Position numbers and translations under genes: made by a program
The notes under the pieces: generated by a model
What the model saw: only the letters and a program-made list of their open reading frames with translations
What the model was told of the DNA's origin: nothing
Databases searched by the model: none
Assembly (NCBI GenBank): GCA_049323935.1
Contig: JBMONN010000007.1
Span: 340 to 64,339, forward strand
Reading direction: 5' to 3'
Length of the DNA stretch: 64,000 nt
Origin: Thermodesulfobacteriota bacterium
GTDB taxonomy: Bacteria > Desulfobacterota > Desulfobulbia > Desulfobulbales > SURF-16
In this document: positions 40,084-47,045 of the stretch, piece after piece
Layout of the letters: each line of letters opens with the position of its first letter
How positions within the stretch are numbered: the stretch's first letter is position 1

Positions 40084-41721
40084 ATGAAGATCGCCCTGAT
40101 CCAGATCAACCCTGTTATCGGAGACTTTCCGGCCAACAGTGCCCGCATCCGCCACTTTCTTGACCAGGCCAGACAGGCAGAGTGTGCCTTGGCCGTTCTG
40201 CCGGAACTTGCCCTGAGCGGCTACCCTCCCCAGGATTATCTTGAACACTCGGCATTTCTCGCGGCCCATGACCAGGCCCTGTCCGAACTGATCCGGGATA
40301 CCGTCGGCATTGCCGTCATCTGTGGCGCCATCACCCGGCACAGCGGCACCACCGGCAAAGCACTGCACAACAGCGCCCTGCTGTTCGCCGACGGGCGCCT
40401 CCTTTTTGCCGCCCACAAGAGGCTGCTGCCGACCTACGATGTTTTTGACGAGTCCCGTCACTTCGAGCCGGGTGCGAGCTCCGCCCCCTTTACCTATCAC
40501 GGACTACGCCTCGGGCTCACCATCTGCGAGGATATCTTCAACGAAGACGACAGCGTTCCCCGCCCTCTGTATGCGGCAAACCCCCTGGCCGATCTCGCCG
40601 CCGGCGGCATTGATCTGCTTATCAATATCGCCGCCTCGCCCTTTACCATTGGCAAACAGTCCCGCCGCTTCGCTCTTTTTTCCCAGCTCTGCCGTAAATA
40701 TTGCACCCCTCTTTGCTATGTCAATCAGGTGGGCGGCCAGGACGGCGTCCTTTTTGACGGCGCAAGCATGGTAATTGACAACAGGGGCCGCCTTTGCCGC
40801 CATGCCCGCTCCTGTGGAGAAGACCTGCTGGTCGTTGACACCACCACTCTCCAGCCGATGCCGCCCCCGCCGACCGACGAAGAGACTGATCTGGTGCTCG
40901 CGGCGCTGGCCATGGGCTGTCGTGATTATGTCAGAAAATGCGGTTTCTCCCGGGTACTCCTTGGCCTGAGCGGCGGCATCGATTCCGCCCTGACCGCTGC
41001 CGTTGCCGTGCACGCCCTTGGCCGGGAAAATGTCATGGGGGTCGCCCTGCCTTCGCCTTATACCGCGCCGGAAAGCATCGAGGATGGCCGCCGGCTCGCC
41101 GACAATCTCGGTATCCGCTTTGCCGTCGTCCCCATCACCGATGCCTTTGCCTCCCTGCGCAGCGCCCTTGCCCCGCTCTTTGCCGATCGTCCGGAGGATC
41201 TCACCGAACAGAATCTCCAGGCCCGCATCCGCGGTACCCTGCTGATGGCCATGGCCAACAAGTTCGGCGCCCTGCTGCTCTCCACCGGCAACAAATCAGA
41301 GATGGCGGTGGGCTACTGCACCCTGTATGGCGACATGGCCGGGGCCCTCGCCCCGCTCGCCGATGTACCGAAGCAGCTTGTCTACGAACTGGCCCGCCAT
41401 GTCAACCGGCAAGGCGAAATCATCCCGGCTCGCACCCTCTGGCGCCCTCCCACCGCCGAACTGGCCCCGAACCAGACGGACCAGGACGACCTGCCTCCCT
41501 ACGAGGTGCTCGACCCGATTCTCCAGGCCTATCTGGAAGATCACCTCTCCCTGGAGGAGATCGTTGCCCGTGGCTTTGCTCGAACCATGGTCGAGGACAT
41601 TATCCGCCGGATCAAAAAAAATGAATACAAGCGCCATCAGGCCGCCATGGGACTGAAAATCACCTCCAAGGCCTTCGGTTCCGGTCGTCGCTATCCGGTG
41701 GCGCAGAACTTCCGGGAATGA
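40084..41721 (+). CDS. nadE: Glutamine-dependent NAD+ synthetase
   Basis: 545 aa. N-terminal CN-hydrolase domain (LPELALSGYPPQD, ICEDIF) and C-terminal NAD synthase domain with the SGGIDS PP-loop. Confidence 0.92.
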   Translation: MKIALIQINPVIGDFPANSARIRHFLDQARQAECALAVLPELALSGYPPQDYLEHSAFLAAHDQALSELIRDTVGIAVICGAITRHSGTTGKALHNSALLFADGRLLFAAHKRLLPTYDVFDESRHFEPGASSAPFTYHGLRLGLTICEDIFNEDDSVPRPLYAANPLADLAAGGIDLLINIAASPFTIGKQSRRFALFSQLCRKYCTPLCYVNQVGGQDGVLFDGASMVIDNRGRLCRHARSCGEDLLVVDTTTLQPMPPPPTDEETDLVLAALAMGCRDYVRKCGFSRVLLGLSGGIDSALTAAVAVHALGRENVMGVALPSPYTAPESIEDGRRLADNLGIRFAVVPITDAFASLRSALAPLFADRPEDLTEQNLQARIRGTLLMAMANKFGALLLSTGNKSEMAVGYCTLYGDMAGALAPLADVPKQLVYELARHVNRQGEIIPARTLWRPPTAELAPNQTDQDDLPPYEVLDPILQAYLEDHLSLEEIVARGFARTMVEDIIRRIKKNEYKRHQAAMGLKITSKAFGSGRRYPVAQNFRE

Positions 41722-41722
41722 C

Positions 41723-43519
41723 ATGAAGCCCCGCCTTGCTCTCCTCTTTATGCTGCTCTGCGTCCTTTTTCTCGTGATCCGGGAAAATCTGACCAAACGG
41801 CCCGAGCGTCTCCACCAGACCAGCGCCGGCCAGGTGGAGATGTGCCTGGAGTGCCACAAAACCGAACAACTCGATCCCGCCCATGACCGGTTGGTGATGG
41901 GCTGCTCTCCCTGCCATCTCGGTGACGCCCTGGCCATTGACAAGGACAGGGCGCACACAGCCATGGTCAAAAACCCAGGCGACCTGCGGGTGGTGGAAAA
42001 AACCTGCGGGGTGGAGGGCTGCCATGCGCCGGACGTGAAAAAGGTCAAAAATTCGCTGATGGCCACCAACCGTGGCATCCTTGCCACCCTCCTCTACTAC
42101 TGGGGCGAGGCGCCGGACCAGAACGGCGATTTTTCGGTGGAACAGCTGCTGGCCAGCAACCAGACCTCCCTGGCCATCGACTACTACCGAAAACTTTGCG
42201 CCACCTGCCACCTCTGGAAACAGAAAGGCGACCTGCCCGGTTTCTTCGGGGAAAAGGGCGGCGGCTGCACGGCCTGCCACTTTGTCAAGGACGGCAACCT
42301 CACTGCCGAGCAGGCGAAAAAGGTACATCCGCGCATCGTCAAACAGGTGCCGGTGAGCAACTGTGTCCGCTGCCACAACCGCAGTGGTCGCATCGGCATC
42401 TCCTATACCGGCGTCTATGAGTCGGAAAACTACGGCACCCCCTACACCAAGGGCGGCATGTCGGAAAAACGGCTGCCCGGCGACCGCTATTATCTCAGCC
42501 TGCCCGCTGATATCCACCACCAGAAAGGCATGGCCTGTATCGACTGCCACACGAGAAACGAGATCATGGGCGACGGCACCCGTTACGCCCATTACGAAAA
42601 CCAGCTTGAAATCACCTGCAAAACCTGTCATGTTCCGGCTGGCGAGACGACGAACGAACCTGGCTTGACCCGCAAAGGCGATAAACTAACAAACATCGTT
42701 GGCGACGAGGCGGGCTGGCAGCTGACCAACAAGCTCACAGCCGACAAAAAGCACCCCATCCGACCGCCCAAGGCCGGGATCTGCGACTTTGCCGGCCACA
42801 AGCGGGTCGGCTGCGAGGCCTGCCATTCCGGCTGGGTGCCGCAGTGTTACGGCTGCCACGTCAAGCAGGACAAAAGGGAAACCGATCTCGACAAACTGAC
42901 CTTGACCGAAACGCCGGGCTGGTGGATTGAGGGTCGCTCCTCTCTCCGGTACGAACGGCCGATGCTGGCCGTCTGGGCTGACGAGGTGGTGATCGTCACC
43001 CCCGGCTGCCAGGACATCGTCTCGGTGGTCAACGCCCAAGGCAAAGCGGAGCAACACTTCAACAGCCTGACCATGGCCGCCATCAACCCACACACCACCC
43101 AGACCAGGGGACGAAGCTGCGCTGACTGCCACCAGTCGCCGAAAACCATTGGTCTCGGCGAGGGCACCATCTGGCGGGAAGCGGGCGAGTGGCGTTTCAA
43201 TGCCGCGGCCCAAGGGCTTGTCACCGCGGCAGGCGTCACCCCGCCGCTTGACGCCTATGTCGCCATTGACGGGACCCCCTTACAGAAATCGGCCCGGCCC
43301 GATCTGCGGCCCTTCAACAAAGAGGAACTGGCCCGCATCCTCCGTGTCGGCCTCTGCATCGACTGCCACAAGGAGTACTCGGACCCGGCTTACCGCACCT
43401 ATACGCCGGCAACAACATGCCCGGTCTATCGGGAAGAGAAAGATGGTGGGCCGGCACCCCAGAAGAATCCCGCCATTACCGCCACGGAAAAAAAACCGGC
43501 GCTGGAGAAAAAACCATGA
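41723..43519 (+). CDS. Multiheme c-type cytochrome (11 CxxCH plus 1 CxxxxCH) with an N-terminal signal/anchor
   Basis: 598 aa. Hydrophobic N-terminus MKPRLALLFMLLCVLFLVI. Heme motifs in order: CLECH, CSPCH, CGVEGCH, CATCH, CTACH, CVRCH, CIDCH, CKTCH, CEACH, CYGCH, CADCH, CIDCH. Starts 1 nt after the nadE stop, and its stop overlaps the hisD ATG. Confidence 0.85.
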   Translation: MKPRLALLFMLLCVLFLVIRENLTKRPERLHQTSAGQVEMCLECHKTEQLDPAHDRLVMGCSPCHLGDALAIDKDRAHTAMVKNPGDLRVVEKTCGVEGCHAPDVKKVKNSLMATNRGILATLLYYWGEAPDQNGDFSVEQLLASNQTSLAIDYYRKLCATCHLWKQKGDLPGFFGEKGGGCTACHFVKDGNLTAEQAKKVHPRIVKQVPVSNCVRCHNRSGRIGISYTGVYESENYGTPYTKGGMSEKRLPGDRYYLSLPADIHHQKGMACIDCHTRNEIMGDGTRYAHYENQLEITCKTCHVPAGETTNEPGLTRKGDKLTNIVGDEAGWQLTNKLTADKKHPIRPPKAGICDFAGHKRVGCEACHSGWVPQCYGCHVKQDKRETDLDKLTLTETPGWWIEGRSSLRYERPMLAVWADEVVIVTPGCQDIVSVVNAQGKAEQHFNSLTMAAINPHTTQTRGRSCADCHQSPKTIGLGEGTIWREAGEWRFNAAAQGLVTAAGVTPPLDAYVAIDGTPLQKSARPDLRPFNKEELARILRVGLCIDCHKEYSDPAYRTYTPATTCPVYREEKDGGPAPQKNPAITATEKKPALEKKP

Positions 43520-44829
43520 TTATCACCCCCTATTCCACTGCATCGAAACAGGGCAAGGAACTGCTGGCCCGACTGGCCAACCGTTTTCAACTGGCCGACA
43601 CTTCCTGCCGCCAGGCGGTGGCGGATATTCTCACCGCGATCCGCCAGGGCGGCGATCAGGCCCTGCTCGATTACACCCGCCGCTTTGACGCACCGGACAT
43701 GACCAGTGACCAGCTTCGGGTCTCCGAGGCCGAACTGGTCGAGGCCTATTCACAGGTCGATGCAGACTTGCTGGCCAGCATCCGCCTGGCCAAAAAGAGA
43801 ATCGACGATTTTCATCAACGGGAGATGGAACATTCCTGGTTCATGACCCGGGAGGACGGCACCATCACCGGCCGCCTGGTCCGCCCGGTGGAGGCGGCCG
43901 GTCTCTATGTGCCCGGCGGCCGCGGCGGCACCACCCCCCTCGTCTCCTCGGTGCTGATGAACGGGATCCCGGCCGCCATCGCCGGGGTCGAGCAAAGGGT
44001 GATGGTCACCCCACCCAATGCACAAGGCAAGGTCAATCCGGCGCTCCTGGTGGCGGCCCAGGAAACCGGTATCCGCGAGATCTACAAGGTTGGCTCCGCC
44101 TGGGCCATCGCCGCCCTGGCCTTTGGCACCGATACCATTCCGGCGGTTGATGTCATTGTCGGACCTGGCAACCAGTATGTGGCCGAGGCAAAGCGCCAGG
44201 TGGCGGGCAGGGTGCGGATCGATATGCTTGCCGGCCCGAGCGAGGTGCTGATCATCGCCGATCAGACCGCCACACCGGCCTTCATCGCCGCCGACATGCT
44301 GGCCCAGGCCGAACACGACCCACAGGCCCTCGCCCTGCTCATCACCACCAGCGCCGATATTGCCGACCGGACAGTGGCGGAACTGGAGCGTCAACTGCCT
44401 CTCCTTGACCGACAAGATATCGCCCGCACCTCCCTTAATGACCGCGGCGCCATTCTGATCTGCGATTCGCTTGCCGAGGCGCTGACCATGGCCAACAGGA
44501 TCGCCATCGAACATCTGGAGCTGATGGTGGCCGATCCCTTTGCCTGCCTGCCGACCATCCGGCACGCCGGCGCCATCTTCCTCGGCGATTACTCGCCGGA
44601 GGCATGCGGCGACTATGTCGCCGGTCCCAACCATGTCCTGCCCACCATGGGCACGGCGCGCATCTCCTCGGCGCTCGGAGTGGAGACCTTCCTGAAGAAG
44701 AGCAGCATCATCTCCTGTTCGAGGCGCGCCTTTGCCGCCGACGCTCCCCACATCGTCAACCTGGCCCGGCTGGAAGGATTGACCGCCCATGCCCGCTCGG
44801 TGAGCGTGCGTCTCGAACAAAAAAAATGA
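43516..44829 (+). CDS. hisD: Histidinol dehydrogenase
   Basis: The track ORF starts at 43417. The ATG at 43516 (MIITPYSTASKQ...) is the ATGA-coupled start. HisD signatures are present (GPGNQYVAEAKR, AQAEHD). Confidence 0.93.
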   Translation: MIITPYSTASKQGKELLARLANRFQLADTSCRQAVADILTAIRQGGDQALLDYTRRFDAPDMTSDQLRVSEAELVEAYSQVDADLLASIRLAKKRIDDFHQREMEHSWFMTREDGTITGRLVRPVEAAGLYVPGGRGGTTPLVSSVLMNGIPAAIAGVEQRVMVTPPNAQGKVNPALLVAAQETGIREIYKVGSAWAIAALAFGTDTIPAVDVIVGPGNQYVAEAKRQVAGRVRIDMLAGPSEVLIIADQTATPAFIAADMLAQAEHDPQALALLITTSADIADRTVAELERQLPLLDRQDIARTSLNDRGAILICDSLAEALTMANRIAIEHLELMVADPFACLPTIRHAGAIFLGDYSPEACGDYVAGPNHVLPTMGTARISSALGVETFLKKSSIISCSRRAFAADAPHIVNLARLEGLTAHARSVSVRLEQKK

Positions 44830-45485
44830 CGGGCCCTCAGAGCAGTGACCTGTTCCGGCAGGGGTGCGCCGCCCTCGGCCTCTCCCTGGAAACGCCGGCC
44901 ATCGCACGACTCGACCGTTACCTCAGCGAATTGCGGCGCTGGAACACCAAAATGAATCTGGTTGCCGATGCCCCGCTGCAGGAGATGATTGACTGCCACT
45001 TTCTCGATTCTCTCACCCTGCTGCCTCATCTCGACCCGGGCAGTCACCCCGTTTTACTCGATGTCGGCACCGGCGCCGGCTTTCCAGGTCTGGCGCTGAA
45101 ATGCGCCGCACCCTCCCTCGCCCTGACCCTGGTCGAACCGCGGGAGAAACGGGTGATTTTTCTCCGCCACATCGTCCGCCAGCTCGACCTTGCCGGGGTA
45201 GAGATCGTTCCCCGCCGCCTGGAGAAAAAAAACACGGAAAATATCCTCTATCCGCTCATCACCAGCCGGGCGGTTGCCAATGTCGCCGAATTTCTTGATC
45301 TGGTCGCCGCCTGGTGTCCCAGCAGCGGCACCGTCATCTGCATGAAAGGTCCCCGGGCTGACGAGGAGATTGCCCAATGGCAGACCACTGCCTCATCGAG
45401 TCCTTTTTTCCTGCGAAACAGCATTTCTCTGGGCCTGCCATTCAGCGGCTCCAGACGCACCCTGCTGTTTTTTACAAAAATTTAA
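44826..45485 (+). CDS. rsmG: 16S rRNA (guanine527-N7)-methyltransferase
   Basis: The track ORF starts at 44604. The ATG at 44826 overlaps the hisD stop (ATGA). WNTKMNLV and the SAM-binding DVGTGAGFPGL motif. Confidence 0.85.
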   Translation: MTGPQSSDLFRQGCAALGLSLETPAIARLDRYLSELRRWNTKMNLVADAPLQEMIDCHFLDSLTLLPHLDPGSHPVLLDVGTGAGFPGLALKCAAPSLALTLVEPREKRVIFLRHIVRQLDLAGVEIVPRRLEKKNTENILYPLITSRAVANVAEFLDLVAAWCPSSGTVICMKGPRADEEIAQWQTTASSSPFFLRNSISLGLPFSGSRRTLLFFTKI

Positions 45486-45526
45486 CCAGCCGGTAACAAT
45501 TATTTCATCGCACCCGGAAAGAAATC

Positions 45527-45555
45527 TTGCATGGTTGGTCATGTTTTTATAGCAT
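45527..45555 (+). promoter_or_regulatory. Candidate promoter for the yeeE operon
   Basis: TTGCAT (45527-45532), a 17-nt spacer, then TAGCAT (45550-45555). Followed by GC hairpin GCCGGGG-TAAG-CCCCGGC at 45567-45584 in the leader. Confidence 0.3.
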
Positions 45556-45633
45556 ACGGCTTACATGCCGGGGTAAGCCCCGGCAACCGTCGTTCTTCTT
45601 GCGGCACCCTTTCACGGATCACGCAAAGCAACC

Positions 45634-46776
45634 ATGATTACCGGCAACCTCTTTTTTCTTTATGCGGCAAATTTCATTCTCGGCCTGATGGCGGGATTCT
45701 TCATGCACCGCTCGGATTACTGCGTTGCCGGCATGTTCCGTGATATCTTTCTGTTCCGCCGCGCCACCATGCTCCGTTTTCTTTTTCTTCAGATCATCGT
45801 CACCATGGTGTTTTTCGAACTGGCCAGGAGAGCCGGATTGCTGTCTCTCTACCCTTTCCCGTTGCTCGGACCGCCAACCCTGACCGCCTTGGCCGGCGGA
45901 TTTCTCTTTGGTATCGGCATGGTGCTGGCTGGGGGCTGTGTCGTCGGCACCCTCTACCGAATCGGCGCCGGCAACGTCCTGAGCATAGTGGCATTGGTCG
46001 GCATCCTGGCCGGCAGCGCCCTCTACGCCGAAATGCACCCCTGGTGGTCCCGCCTGGCCAAAAACGCGATCCTTACCCGTGATGCCATTACCCTGCCGCA
46101 ACTGCTTGGTCTCTCGCCCACCATTCTCATCGGCTTGATCACGGTGCCGGCCATTCTGCTCTTTCTCCACTGGCGCCGCCGCAACCTGTGGCGCCGGTCT
46201 TCAGTCGCAGACGGCTATATCCAGCCAGGGCAGACCGCTCTGGTCCTGGCTGGCATTAGTCTCCTCTCCTATCTACTGAACGGCATGCCCATCGGAGTGA
46301 CCACGACCTACGCCAAAATGGCCGCCATGATCGAGCATATCATCGCGCCGGATCATGTCGATCACTCCGCCTATTTTTCCGCCCGCTCCCTCGATATCAT
46401 TCATCCGGACAGCGGGGCACACCTTGCCGGTAGCGGCGGTCCGTACCTCGACACCATCTGGGCCATCCAGTTTCCGGTCATTGCCGGCATCGTCCTCGGC
46501 AGCCTGCTGTCGGCACTGCATCTTCGCGAACTCACCCTGCGCACCCGCCTGCCGAGTCGCCAATACGCCATGGTTCTGGCTGGCGGCCTGCTGCTCGGGC
46601 TGGCCTCCCGCATGGCCTCCGGCTGCAACATCTGGCATCTGATGGGCGGATTGCCCATTCTTGCCCTGCAGAGCCTCCTTTTCCTGGCCGGACTCCTGCC
46701 CGGCTGCTGGCTCGGCAGCTCGATTCTCGCCCGTGCCCTTTCCCAGCGACCCCTTTCCTCCATGAGTGCGCCATGA
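45634..46776 (+). CDS. yeeE: YeeE/YedE family sulfur-compound (thiosulfate-type) transporter
   Basis: 380-aa polytopic protein with family-typical conserved cysteines in re-entrant segments (DYCVAGMFRD, GGCVVGTLYR, SGCNIWHLMGG). Confidence 0.8.
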   Translation: MITGNLFFLYAANFILGLMAGFFMHRSDYCVAGMFRDIFLFRRATMLRFLFLQIIVTMVFFELARRAGLLSLYPFPLLGPPTLTALAGGFLFGIGMVLAGGCVVGTLYRIGAGNVLSIVALVGILAGSALYAEMHPWWSRLAKNAILTRDAITLPQLLGLSPTILIGLITVPAILLFLHWRRRNLWRRSSVADGYIQPGQTALVLAGISLLSYLLNGMPIGVTTTYAKMAAMIEHIIAPDHVDHSAYFSARSLDIIHPDSGAHLAGSGGPYLDTIWAIQFPVIAGIVLGSLLSALHLRELTLRTRLPSRQYAMVLAGGLLLGLASRMASGCNIWHLMGGLPILALQSLLFLAGLLPGCWLGSSILARALSQRPLSSMSAP

Positions 46777-47045
46777 GCGAAAAACAGCAGCACATCATTG
46801 CCATCGACATGCGGGGCCAGGTGTGTCCGGCCTGCCTGCTGGTGGCCATGGACAGTATGAACAAAAACCGCAATGCCCTGCAAAACGGTTCAGCCAGACT
46901 CTGCATCACAACCGACAATCGGGAGGCAATCACCACCATCCCCTCCACGGCCCGCAACATGGGCTATTCGACCAGAGTGATGAAAAAAGCGAGCTTCTAC
47001 GAAATCTGCATCGGCATCATTTCGCCCGAAGGCGTGGAGCCATGA
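46773..47045 (+). CDS. TusA/YeeD-like sulfurtransferase
   Basis: 90 aa. IAIDMRGQVCPACLL corresponds to the TusA D-x-x-G-x-x-CP active-site region. ATGA overlaps on both sides. Confidence 0.7.
   Translation: MSEKQQHIIAIDMRGQVCPACLLVAMDSMNKNRNALQNGSARLCITTDNREAITTIPSTARNMGYSTRVMKKASFYEICIGIISPEGVEP

Noticed and set aside
41660-42631. 323-aa minus-strand ORF opposite the cytochrome gene; similar cases at 43750-44907 (opposite hisD), 51754-53013 (opposite mltA), 61024-62193 (opposite ilvD) and 17244-18386 (opposite the L-like gene)
   Set aside because: All lie antisense to genes with strong motif support and have shadow-frame composition.
46766-47041. N-terminal extensions of several track ORFs (kinase 46766, hisD 43417, rsmG 44604, acs 53127, mreB 27815, PhoH-like 40000, nuoI 21734, nuoA 25255, mltA 53079, ilvD 62496, lptD 60798)
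   Set aside because: The extensions overlap upstream genes or intergenic DNA and have arbitrary His/Arg/Pro-rich sequence. Internal starts give canonical family N-termini, SD sequences or ATGA coupling, so trimmed coordinates are reported.
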